Shown here: in pieces, positions 1-8,474 of the stretch
Numbering within the stretch: position 1 is the first letter of the stretch
Layout: each line of letters opens with the position of its first letter
Origin: Acidimicrobiia bacterium
GTDB taxonomy: Bacteria > Actinomycetota > Acidimicrobiia > Acidimicrobiales > JANYDT01
DNA: 64,000 nucleotides
Reading direction: 5' to 3'
Assembly: GCA_031429095.1 (NCBI GenBank)
Contig: JANOYY010000047.1
Location: forward strand, 4,571-68,570
Made by a program: the position numbers and the translations under genes
The notes under the pieces: model-generated
The model's database searches: none
What the model saw: only the letters and a program-made list of their open reading frames with translations
What the model was told of the DNA's origin: nothing

Positions 1-1110
1 GCCAAGTTCTGTACACATAGCATCGACGTGTTGCTTCATCGTAAGAGCGATCGCCTCAAGAATCGAACGATACATGTGACCGCGCGTATGCCGGGCATCG
101 AAGCCGATCATGATGCCTTTGCGATACGGCTGGTCGGTTGGCGCAAGCCAGTCGAGCACCGTCATGAGACCGTCGCTCCCGGCCCGAACCTGGCGAGCTT
201 CTCGCTCGATGTACTCCTCCCGCGAGAGTTCGAGCGATGACGCTCGGTCTGCGACCTCAACCCCGAGAAGATCGAGGAACCATGTCAGGGTCCACATGCC
301 GCGACGGACTCCGCTGCTTTCGTACAGATATTGCTTTGGGGCGCACGCAAAGTTGGTCCAGAAGTTGGCGGGAGACCGGTGATTCTGCGTTCCCTCCACC
401 ATGGCGCAGATGTAGGTTCCAAGCGACACGAGGGCGGTCGTTGGACCAAGAGAACCTGCGCCCAGCATTTCCACTGCTTTGTCGTTGGCCGTGGCCACCA
501 CGGGGATACCAACCGGGAAACCCGTAGCCTCCGCGGCCGCCGCGGCGATCGGTCCAATGATCTCTCCGGGCATCTGCAGGTCGAACAACATCTCGCGTGG
601 CACGCCGAATTGCGGATAGATCGACTTGTCTGTGCTCCATTGCCAGGTGTCACTGTCGATCGGCCACTGCATGGCTATGTTGTTGGCAGCAGTGTCTTTG
701 AAGACGCCGGTGAAACGATGTGCGACGTAACCCGATGACGTCGTGGCGTAGGCAACAGATGGATCGTCTGGAAGGTACGGCTCATACGCGCGGTCGTCCA
801 TCCAACTGATGACCGGTTCGACGAGCGAACCGTCGGCCCTCATGAATGCTTTATTGCAACGAATCGGGCAAATACCGACCCCCACGATGGCGGAGCGATC
901 ACCCGTGAAGTTCGCCATGGCGTCGCGGCTGGCCCCCACGATCGCGTCCCAAAGGTCATCGTCGGGGTGCACGACGACACCGTGGCGCGGGCGGCTCATC
1001 GGCCGGAGGGCTTGGTGGCCCGTGGCCAGTGCGTGGCCAGCCTTGTCAAAGACAACCACCTTTGCGCTTTGGGTGCCACAGTCCACGCCTATGAGGAAAG
1101 GTCCGTCCAT
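1..1110 (-). CDS. FGGY-family carbohydrate kinase (xylulokinase-like), C-terminal end outside window
   Basis: Not in the ORF track because there is no stop in the window. My own minus-strand translation from ATG 1110-1108 is open to position 1: MDGPFLIGVDCGTQSAKVVVFDKAGHALATG... ending ...GLMTVLDWLAPTDQPYRKGIMIGFDARHTRGHMYRSILEAIALTMKQH. The GxDxGTxSxK N-terminus and the C-terminal block are typical of FGGY kinases. Confidence 0.8.
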   Translation of the reverse strand, partial: MDGPFLIGVDCGTQSAKVVVFDKAGHALATGHQALRPMSRPRHGVVVHPDDDLWDAIVGASRDAMANFTGDRSAIVGVGICPIRCNKAFMRADGSLVEPVISWMDDRAYEPYLPDDPSVAYATTSSGYVAHRFTGVFKDTAANNIAMQWPIDSDTWQWSTDKSIYPQFGVPREMLFDLQMPGEIIGPIAAAAAEATGFPVGIPVVATANDKAVEMLGAGSLGPTTALVSLGTYICAMVEGTQNHRSPANFWTNFACAPKQYLYESSGVRRGMWTLTWFLDLLGVEVADRASSLELSREEYIEREARQVRAGSDGLMTVLDWLAPTDQPYRKGIMIGFDARHTRGHMYRSILEAIALTMKQHVDAMCTELG

Positions 1111-1150
1111 CGTCTGCGGTCGGGAGTCGTCCGGTAGTTTCGAGGTTGCG

Positions 1151-1927
1151 CTAGCGAACTAGGTAGCCGCCGTCAACGGCGAGGACGTGGCCGTTGACGT
1201 AGGCGGAGGCCCGGCTGGCGAGGAACACGACCGTACCCATGAGGTCAAGCGTTTCGCCCCATCGCCCGGCAGGGATGTGATCGAGAACCCGCTGGTTCGT
1301 CACGGGATTGCTCCTCGTGTTCTGCGTGATCGCAGTGGCGTAGTACCCCGGTGCGATCCCGTTGACCTGAATGTTGTGTTCGGCGAGTTCGTCGCAATAC
1401 GCCTTCGTGAGACCGGCGATGCCGTGTTTGGTGGCGGAGTACGCCGAAGACATGCGACCACCGAGAAAGCTGAACATCGAGCAAATGTTGATGATCTTGC
1501 CGCTGCGCTGGGGGACCATGTGCTGGGCCACTTCAAAGCTCATTTCGAAGGCTGCCGTGAGGTTCACCTGAATGGTGGCGTCCCATGGACCACGGTCGAA
1601 GGCAAGCACCTCGGCCATCGGGCAGACGCCGGCGCTGTTGATCAAGATGTCGACGCTACCGAAACGAGTCACGCATTCATTGACAACGGCTTTCGGCACG
1701 CCAGCACCGGTGATGTCGGCCGTCATGAATTGATAGGCGACTCCCTCGGCTGCAACGAGGGGCCCCGTTGTTCCGTCGTCGTCGAGAATGCTCGGAACAA
1801 ACACGTTCGCACCGCCCTTCGCCAGAGCCAGGGTGAAGGCTTGTCCGAGCCCGGTGTTCCCCCCGGTCACGATGGCGTTTTTGCCAGCAAGGCTGAAGTA
1901 ATCCATCGCGAAGTCCGCAATCATCAT
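1151..1927 (-). CDS. SDR-family oxidoreductase (KduD / gluconate-5-dehydrogenase-like)
   Basis: 258-aa ORF with Rossmann TGGNTGLG, NSAG and catalytic YSATK. It lies directly upstream of the sugar kinase on the same strand. Confidence 0.85.
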   Translation of the reverse strand: MMIADFAMDYFSLAGKNAIVTGGNTGLGQAFTLALAKGGANVFVPSILDDDGTTGPLVAAEGVAYQFMTADITGAGVPKAVVNECVTRFGSVDILINSAGVCPMAEVLAFDRGPWDATIQVNLTAAFEMSFEVAQHMVPQRSGKIINICSMFSFLGGRMSSAYSATKHGIAGLTKAYCDELAEHNIQVNGIAPGYYATAITQNTRSNPVTNQRVLDHIPAGRWGETLDLMGTVVFLASRASAYVNGHVLAVDGGYLVR

Positions 1928-2019
1928 GGAGCAAGTCTATCGGTCGGCACTGTTTCACGGAACGATCGTGACGGGAACTCCAATGTGACCAGCGTAGGCG
2001 CCCGCGCCAAGATGAGACC

Positions 2020-2688
2020 ATGAACGTGACTGAAGCCGTAACCAAGCGGATCTCGACCCGTGCCTTCCTCGACACCCCCGTGGGTGCCGACGATCTCAGG
2101 GCCATTCTGGAGACCGCTCGATGGTCGCCTTCGGGAGGCAATGTACAACCGTGGCACGTCTACGCGTTGAGTGGCGCGTCAATGACGGCCTTTCGCGAGG
2201 TCCTCCAGAGTGACAGGACGGCCAAACCAGCCGGGGACCGACCCGACTTCCACATGTACCCGCCGGAGCTGAAGGAGCCCTACCGCAGCCGCCGCTTCAA
2301 ATGTGGTGAAGATCTCTATGCGACCATAGGAATTCCCCGTGAGGACAAACCAGCAAGGCTCAACCAGATGGCGAAGAATCTCGATTTTTTCGGCGCACCA
2401 GCCGCGTTGTTCTTCGCTATCGACAAGACGATGGGACAGGGACAGTGGGCCCACCTCGGGATGTTCATGCAGACCGTTGCACTCGTCGCCCAAGAGCACG
2501 GGCTTGCGTCTTGCATGCAAGAGTTCTGGATGACTCGACATCAGATGGTTCGGTCGTTCTTCGCGGTCCCCGACGAACTCCAGTTCTACTGTGGCATCGC
2601 CATCGGGTACGCGGATACGGAACACCCGATCAACAAACTTCGAACCGACCGGGCCGCGGTGGAGGAGTTCACCACGTTCCTGTCGTAG
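2020..2688 (+). CDS. nitroreductase-family protein
   Basis: 222-aa ORF. RISTRAFLDTPV and ARWSPSGGNVQPW are typical nitroreductase N-terminal motifs. Confidence 0.85.
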   Translation: MNVTEAVTKRISTRAFLDTPVGADDLRAILETARWSPSGGNVQPWHVYALSGASMTAFREVLQSDRTAKPAGDRPDFHMYPPELKEPYRSRRFKCGEDLYATIGIPREDKPARLNQMAKNLDFFGAPAALFFAIDKTMGQGQWAHLGMFMQTVALVAQEHGLASCMQEFWMTRHQMVRSFFAVPDELQFYCGIAIGYADTEHPINKLRTDRAAVEEFTTFLS

Positions 2689-2701
2689 CAGTCGCCTCCG
2701 G

Positions 2702-3730
2702 TCATTGATTCGGACGCACGAGGATCTTCACGTGATCCTGCGGGCTTGCCAAGTCGTCGAACGCCTTGGCGACGCCGTCGAGACCGACTTCACCGGTGAT
2801 TAGTGATGCGGCGTCGATGCTTCCGTCCGCAATGGCGTCGAGTGCCACTTTGAACTCAGCGGGAGTCCACCCGAGCACGAAGGTCAGCTGGAGTTCTTTG
2901 TTGATCGCAATTGCTGGCCGGAACGTGTCGGGCTGCATGCAGAGTCCGACGATGAGAATTTCGGAGTGTGACGGAGCAGCGATTATCGCCTGTTCGAGCA
3001 TGCCGGGCACGCCGACCGCATCGAAGAGCGTGGTGCGTCCGGAACCGCCGCCCGAACGCCACGCCTGTATTGGCTCCGCTGACGAGGGATCGACAACAAT
3101 ATGTGCACCTAGGGCCAGCGCTCGAGTGCGTCGAGCCGGTGAGAAGTCCGAGGCCACGATCAAGGGCACCCCTCGAAGCTTCAGCGCAGCAATCACGGCG
3201 AGCCCAACTGGTCCGCAACCAAGCACGACTGCGGAACGGAACTCGGCGGCGCGAGACCGATCTACGGCATGAATGCCAACAGCGATTGGCTCGGTCAGCG
3301 CCGCGGTGCAAGCGTCGACACCGGAGGGGATCGGGATCACGCCACTGCCATGGACGAGAAGGCGTTGCGCAAACGCTCCGGGAAAGCGGTTGGAGTATCC
3401 AACGGCTGCGAGTGAGCCACCCGGAAGTGCCACCGGGTGAGCGACGACCTCGGTTCCAACCGAGAGGTGTTCGACCCCTGCACCCACTTCAACGATCCGC
3501 CCCGAGAACTCGTGGCCCATCACAATGTCGGCGTCGGGGTCGAACATGAACAGCTTGAAGTCGGTTGCCTTTGCGGCCTCGACCAAGTCGTGCCCGAACT
3601 TTCGGGCGTGTAGGTCGGATCCGCAGATTCCGCACGCAATCGTTTCGAGCAGTACGTGTCCGGGCAGTACCGGTACTTCGCCGACGTCGTCGACCACGAT
3701 GTTTCCGTGCCGAAGCACTGCCGCTTTCAT
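2702..3730 (-). CDS. zinc-dependent alcohol dehydrogenase (MDR family)
   Basis: 342 aa with GICGSDLH, GHEFSGRIVEVG and the GCGPVGL nucleotide-binding loop. Confidence 0.9.
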   Translation of the reverse strand: MKAAVLRHGNIVVDDVGEVPVLPGHVLLETIACGICGSDLHARKFGHDLVEAAKATDFKLFMFDPDADIVMGHEFSGRIVEVGAGVEHLSVGTEVVAHPVALPGGSLAAVGYSNRFPGAFAQRLLVHGSGVIPIPSGVDACTAALTEPIAVGIHAVDRSRAAEFRSAVVLGCGPVGLAVIAALKLRGVPLIVASDFSPARRTRALALGAHIVVDPSSAEPIQAWRSGGGSGRTTLFDAVGVPGMLEQAIIAAPSHSEILIVGLCMQPDTFRPAIAINKELQLTFVLGWTPAEFKVALDAIADGSIDAASLITGEVGLDGVAKAFDDLASPQDHVKILVRPNQ

Positions 3731-3734
3731 GACG

Positions 3735-4028
3735 TTACAGAAGGGTGCCGTCGTCGGCTTCGTACACGTGGATTATTCGACTCACGAGTTCGAACTTCCG
3801 ATCCGGCTTCGGTGCATTCGCTATCTCAGCGATATGAGCATTGAGTGCCGCCCGATCAACCCACCGTTCGGTGAGTACAACGAGCGTGTCGTCGATTGGG
3901 TCAGCAGTCATGGTGTACGTGATACATCCGTTCTCCGCCCGAGAGTGCTTCATGCCGGCTACGCGAGAAGCAATGAAGGCGTCGCGATCTTGAGGAAGGA
4001 GGTGCATTGTGCCGATAACGATGACCAT
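3735..4028 (-). CDS. antibiotic-biosynthesis-monooxygenase (ABM) domain protein
   Basis: 97-aa ORF of ferredoxin-like dimeric alpha-beta barrel size, containing ...VLTERWVDRAALNAHI.... It ends 5 nt upstream of the ADH start, so the two are probably co-transcribed. Confidence 0.6.
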   Translation of the reverse strand: MVIVIGTMHLLPQDRDAFIASRVAGMKHSRAENGCITYTMTADPIDDTLVVLTERWVDRAALNAHIAEIANAPKPDRKFELVSRIIHVYEADDGTLL

Positions 4029-4085
4029 GCCTTCAACCTATCAGGAACACGTTTTGGGAGGGAAGTTGAGCTGAGGAGTCAAGAC

Positions 4086-4103
4086 TAATATGTATACATA
4101 TTA
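4086..4103. promoter_or_regulatory. 18-bp perfect AT-rich palindrome TAATATGTATACATATTA, candidate operator
   Basis: Read directly. It lies 58 nt upstream of the ABM/ADH operon start (4028, minus strand), overlaps the stop codon of the DUF998 gene, and is strikingly AT-rich for this DNA. Confidence 0.4.
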
Positions 4104-4697
4104 CTGTTCGGATTGGTCGACGCCCGTCGATGTGCGAAGCAGTTCGAACGACGCGACGATGATCCAGAGATCGCCGATACTGACACCGAGACGCTGGAAC
4201 AGGCCATGGGTCGGGCCGAAAATGGTCGCGCCGAGGCAGAAGGCCGTTGACAGGCCGGCGACGCGAGACACCGCGGCGGCCCGAGGTCGACCGAGCTCGC
4301 GCAACTGGGGTGCGGCCAGGAGGCTGGTCGCCGCGAGCGTGATGTAGCCGGTCGTTGCTGCCACTCCATGCATGGCGTCGACAGTCGAGGAGTGATCAAG
4401 TGGGAAAACGGCGACGCCGAGCGTTGCGATAGCGGTGGCGGTTGCGCTGATCCACGCTGCTCCGGGTACGGCACTACGGAGCGCCTTCGCGAAGGCAAGA
4501 ACTCCGACGGTGAAGGTAACGAATCCCGTGGACATGAGAACGCGGGTGTCAGCGTCCACCGCAGCTAAGCGACTGATTGCATCGTTCACCATCGAGTAGC
4601 CATCGGTTGTCAACGAGCCAATGAGCCATGCTCCTGCAAACCCGGCGGGTCCAATCACGCCACCAAGCGCACTGAGCCGGTCCGCCTTTGCGCTCAT
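4101..4697 (-). CDS. DUF998-like integral membrane protein
   Basis: 198 aa with about six hydrophobic segments. The N-terminal GPAGFAGAWLIGSLTTDGYSMVNDAISRLAA resembles DUF998. There is a 4-nt overlap with the upstream MFS gene. Confidence 0.55.
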   Translation of the reverse strand: MSAKADRLSALGGVIGPAGFAGAWLIGSLTTDGYSMVNDAISRLAAVDADTRVLMSTGFVTFTVGVLAFAKALRSAVPGAAWISATATAIATLGVAVFPLDHSSTVDAMHGVAATTGYITLAATSLLAAPQLRELGRPRAAAVSRVAGLSTAFCLGATIFGPTHGLFQRLGVSIGDLWIIVASFELLRTSTGVDQSEQ

Positions 4698-5791
4698 CGG
4701 GCGTCGTGCGGGAGCAGTCGATACACGAAGACGGAGGCGGTGAACACGATGACCGCCGCGAGAAGCAACGCAAGTGACATTCCGGAAAGGTACGCCTTCC
4801 TGGCCTGCTTGGCGAGCGCCGCCCCGTCGGGTCCGCTCAGAGTTCTCGACGCGTTGACGGCCGCCGACACACTACGAGATGCGACATCGCGAGTGGCCGA
4901 GGAAAGCGAGTTCAGTGACGGGCGGAGCTGTGAGGAGTATCGAGATGCAACGATGCTCCCGAGTACGGCAACGCCGAGTGCGCCGCCAAGCTCCCGTGTC
5001 GTGTCGTTCATGGCCGAGCCAACGCCGGCCATGCGTTGCGCCACGCTCGAACTCAAACCAACAATCGACAGGACAGCACCGAATGGGTCGAGCTTTCCCT
5101 GCACCGGATCGCGAGTCTTCGGCAAGATCATGTACCCCGCGATCAATGCGAATGCGATGACGGGAATGTTGATCAAGTAGACCGATCCCCACCAGAAGTG
5201 CTCTAACAGGAATCCACTGATTACCGGCCCAAATGCGCCGCCCGCGAACGCGATCGCCGACCACATGGCGATCGCCTTTGGGCGTTCGGCGGGAGGAAAC
5301 ACATCAGTGACAATCGAAAGTTTGGCCGACATCACGAAGGCGGCCCCGAACCCCATAACGGCGCGGGCCGCAATGGTGGCGGACGCGTTCGGGGTAAACG
5401 CGGCGACCAGAATCGCTCCGAGGAACACGACCAATCCGAACTGCAATGCGCCCTTGCGCCCGAAACGGTCGCCGATTGCACCCGCCGATAGGAGTATTCC
5501 GGCGAACACGAGCGAATAGGCGTCGACGATCCATTGGAGCTGGCTCGTTGGGGCTCCGAGGGCCCTCGAGAGCGTAGGAAGCGCGACGTTGAGCGAGGTG
5601 TTGCCCACGATCACCGTCATCAGGCTCGTGCAGAGCACGACAAGAATCCACCATCGTTGGGGTGGCCCTCGATGCTGTCTGGACGCTCCGGTGGCAAAGG
5701 GGGGAGACTCGATGTCAAGGCCGCAGTCTGCCCGCGCAGGGGCGGTTTCGCAAAGCGTAGCCAACCGCGTCAGGGGAGTAGGCAACCGCAT
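4694..5791 (-). CDS. MFS transporter (DHA2/EmrB-QacA type) with apparent in-frame internal deletion
   Basis: The N-terminal half is a normal DHA2 protein through TM6 (GDRFGRKGAL, LINIPV..., LDPFGAVLSIVGL). The sequence then jumps straight to the late AGVGSAMNDTTRELGGALGVAVLGS motif and the last TM. It is 365 aa, whereas this family is usually around 480-520 aa by my recollection. Confidence 0.75.
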   Translation of the reverse strand: MRLPTPLTRLATLCETAPARADCGLDIESPPFATGASRQHRGPPQRWWILVVLCTSLMTVIVGNTSLNVALPTLSRALGAPTSQLQWIVDAYSLVFAGILLSAGAIGDRFGRKGALQFGLVVFLGAILVAAFTPNASATIAARAVMGFGAAFVMSAKLSIVTDVFPPAERPKAIAMWSAIAFAGGAFGPVISGFLLEHFWWGSVYLINIPVIAFALIAGYMILPKTRDPVQGKLDPFGAVLSIVGLSSSVAQRMAGVGSAMNDTTRELGGALGVAVLGSIVASRYSSQLRPSLNSLSSATRDVASRSVSAAVNASRTLSGPDGAALAKQARKAYLSGMSLALLLAAVIVFTASVFVYRLLPHDAR

Positions 5792-6105
5792 CAGGGGAAG
5801 TGTGGTTCCGAGGTGCTAGCGACGGATCAAGCACCTCAGAACCGCAGAGAACGACGTTGCTCAGGGCGAATTGTCGCGAAAAGCTTCGACACGAGCGGAC
5901 CATATCGCGTGGCATCGTCTTCTGGCCGATTTCGGTAATGCCTTCTACGCTCGAAACGTGGTCCAGCGAGACGGTTGCCGTTGCGAGAAAGTGCGAACAT
6001 ACGGGAATGACTTCGTGTTGTTCGCCTTCGCGCGAACCCGACCAAAAAGATGATGCGACGCGAGTGCCCGGTTCGGTGCGAAGCGTACGGGGCCCCGACC
6101 CGGAG

Positions 6106-6981
6106 ATGGGACTCGAACTCATCTCGCTTCTCGCCGCAACGTTCACCCTCGGCGAAAGCAGCGCCATCGGGTACTCCGCCGACGGTGAGGCCGCCGTCGA
6201 CGCAACCGTCGCCAGTTTCGAAATGGCGTCGACCTGCGTGACCAACGAACAGTTCGCCACGTTTGTTGATGCGTCGCAATACATTACCGATGCAGAGCGA
6301 TTCGAGTGGTCCTTCGTGTTCGGGGGGTTGTTGCCCGACGACTTTGTCGACACCCGTGGTGTTGTCGGGGCGCAGTGGTGGCGGCAGGTCTTTGGTGCAA
6401 CGTGGTCGCATCCGGAGGGGCCGAACAGTTCCATCAATGATCGTCGGGACCATCCCGTGGTGCATGTGACGCACCACGATGCGTTGGCATTCGCTCAGTG
6501 GAGCGGGACACGGCTACCTACCGAGGCGGAGTGGGAGTACGCGGCGCGCGCCGGTACGACCACGACGTGGGCGTGGGGCGACGAATTGGAACCGGGGGGT
6601 CAACACAACATGAACGTGTTTCAGGGAACGTTTCCGCATCACAACTCGGTGGCCGATGGGTGGATTGCTACCTGTCCGGTGCGCGCATTCGCGCCGAACC
6701 CGTTTGGTATGTGGAACATGGTGGGGAATGTGTGGGAGTGGACGGCCGATGCGTTTGTGCCATCGGTTCGCCACCTCGTCGCGCAAGCCGATCTACCGGT
6801 GTTGATGAAGGGGGGTTCGTACTTGTGTCATGCGTCGTATTGCCGTCGCTACCGAAGTGCGGCGCGTATGGGTTCTGCGGCCGATAGTTCCTCGAGCAAC
6901 GTCGGGTTTCGGGTTGCTCGCGATTCGGTGCCGTCCCCCCGGACGTTGGGTCAAATCTCGTTGGGAGGCGACCAGCTCTGA
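6106..6981 (+). CDS. formylglycine-generating-enzyme (FGE/sulfatase-modifying factor) domain protein
   Basis: Contains HPVVHVTHHDALAFAQWSGTRLPTEAEWEYAARAG, NMVGNVWEWTAD, GGSYLCHASYCRRYRSAARMG and SSNVGFRVA. The longest ORF starts at 5800, but homology-like sequence begins near ATG 6106 (MGLELISL...), giving 291 aa. Confidence 0.8.
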   Translation: MGLELISLLAATFTLGESSAIGYSADGEAAVDATVASFEMASTCVTNEQFATFVDASQYITDAERFEWSFVFGGLLPDDFVDTRGVVGAQWWRQVFGATWSHPEGPNSSINDRRDHPVVHVTHHDALAFAQWSGTRLPTEAEWEYAARAGTTTTWAWGDELEPGGQHNMNVFQGTFPHHNSVADGWIATCPVRAFAPNPFGMWNMVGNVWEWTADAFVPSVRHLVAQADLPVLMKGGSYLCHASYCRRYRSAARMGSAADSSSSNVGFRVARDSVPSPRTLGQISLGGDQL

Positions 6982-7002
6982 CCCAACGTGCGGTGAAACT
7001 GG

Positions 7003-7503
7003 TTATGGGCCGAGCGGTCGCCCTTCTGACGGGCGATCGAAGGAGCCGTCGCGGTATTTCGATACATCGATCGCCATTGCGTCGAGAAGGCAAGTTACGT
7101 TGCCGTGGTGTACGCACACCCGGTGGATGATCTTCCACTCGTCATTGCGTTTTTCGTAGCGGTCGAGGTAGCGGCCGTACCACGTGTCGATCGCCCCGTT
7201 CTCGACCCGGCAAAGGTGCGTGACGTTGTACAACTCGCCGCATGCGCTGATCCCGTCCCCGTCGAGCTCGATCTGGTGGTTGTAGATCGAATGCATTGTC
7301 CAGCTCCAGCGCCGGTGCGCTGGCATGCAGTATTCGACGAATTCGTGAGCATTGCCGGAGAAGGGACCGTGCTCATCAATGGCTTCGGGCCAATAGGCCG
7401 ACTTCATCCAATGGGGATCGAGCCGATCGACACCGTGGCAGTACCGCAACGCGGAGTCGCGGATCTGTTCACGGTCCGATAGTTGTTGGAGCGAGTAAGC
7501 CAT
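7003..7503 (-). CDS. NTF2-like / SnoaL_4 domain protein
   Basis: 166 aa. IRDSALRYCHGVDRLD..., GRYLDRYEKRNDEWKIIHR is the pattern of SnoaL_4-type NTF2 proteins. It is a paralogue of 31504-32028. Confidence 0.7.
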   Translation of the reverse strand: MAYSLQQLSDREQIRDSALRYCHGVDRLDPHWMKSAYWPEAIDEHGPFSGNAHEFVEYCMPAHRRWSWTMHSIYNHQIELDGDGISACGELYNVTHLCRVENGAIDTWYGRYLDRYEKRNDEWKIIHRVCVHHGNVTCLLDAMAIDVSKYRDGSFDRPSEGRPLGP

Positions 7504-7820
7504 AGTTGTACTCAGCCGGTCTTCATGATGTAGTCGAGCCAGTCGTGGTAGTGCTGCAATCGGACCTCATCGTCGCACAACCGCGCAGTATCAAAGCCGC
7601 GTGAGTTGGCCGTGCCTGTACCTTCTCCACGGTTCCTCCTTGAGGGCTGTGCTTCAGCTCTCCCCGTGATCATTGTCGATCGGGTGGGGATGTCGCCAAG
7701 TCCAGCCTTACCAAATTCCCACCGAGGACTTACCGAAATCCGCGCCGTTTCTAACCTCGCGTCCCCATTGTGGTCTGCATCGGCACGACTGTGTCGCCTA
7801 CTCCCCAAAAGGACATCGTT

Positions 7821-8474
7821 ATGAAGACAAAGATCAAGACCCGAATTGCTGCCGCCGGACTCGTCGCAACGGCGATCGTTGGAAGCCTTGCCGTAGGTGC
7901 AAATCCTGCGTCCGCCCAAACGGCGACGACAACCACAACGGCAAAATCCGCAACCTCGCACTCCGATGCACGCGCCGCTGACCTCGCTGACCTGGCGAGT
8001 CGTCTCGGAGTTTCGGTGGAAAAGATCCAGACGGCTGAGAAGGAGCAGGCCAAGGCCGACGTCGACAAGGCTCTCGCTGCTGGCACCATCACGGCGGCCC
8101 AGGCGACAACGCTCAAGACGGCAATTGATCAGGGTATCGGTGGAAAGCACGGGCTTCGAGTACCTCGGTCCAGTTCGACCACTCGTCCGACCGACGTCGA
8201 ACGCCAGGCAGCAGCCACCGCTCGTGAAGCGGACCTTGCTGCGCGAATCGGTGTAACTGCCGATGCGCTCAAAGCGGCACGGACTGCCCACGCAAAGGCG
8301 CGAATCGATGCGCAGGTCACCGCCGGGCGCATCACTGCCGAGCAAGCAGCGACCCTCAAGACGGCAATTGACCAGGGCCTTGTCGGCGGACACGGCTTTG
8401 GTGGCCACGGCGGTGGTCGCGGTGGCCATGGTGGCCAGGGTGGTCGCGGTGGCCACGCTGGGCGAGGGCGCTAA
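7821..8474 (+). CDS. secreted repeat protein with Gly/His/Arg-rich C-terminal tail (function unknown)
   Basis: The start MKTKIKTRIAAAGLVATAIVGSLAVGANPASAQ is a Sec signal with an AAGGA SD upstream. Two ~55-aa tandem repeats each end in TLKTAIDQG. The tail is GGHGFGGHGGGRGGHGGQGGRGGHAGRGR. The longest ORF starts at 7770. Confidence 0.6.
   Translation: MKTKIKTRIAAAGLVATAIVGSLAVGANPASAQTATTTTTAKSATSHSDARAADLADLASRLGVSVEKIQTAEKEQAKADVDKALAAGTITAAQATTLKTAIDQGIGGKHGLRVPRSSSTTRPTDVERQAAATAREADLAARIGVTADALKAARTAHAKARIDAQVTAGRITAEQAATLKTAIDQGLVGGHGFGGHGGGRGGHGGQGGRGGHAGRGR

Noticed and set aside
3099-3106. Recurrence of the 8-mer ATATGTGC (3099-3106 +, 23574-23581 +, 44870-44877 +, and as GCACATAT at 20905-20912 and 61632-61639)
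   Set aside because: Five copies seem more than the roughly one I would expect for this composition. However, they fall in different reading frames of unrelated genes, the observation is post hoc, and I cannot compute significance. Only the extended 18-mer pair and the 4086 palindrome were promoted to findings.
7512-8456. 314-aa minus-strand ORF covering the secreted-repeat-protein locus
   Set aside because: It is Arg/Cys/Ser-rich with no motifs, signal or SD. It is exactly antisense to a plus-strand gene that has a signal peptide and clean internal repeats. This is a typical high-GC shadow ORF.
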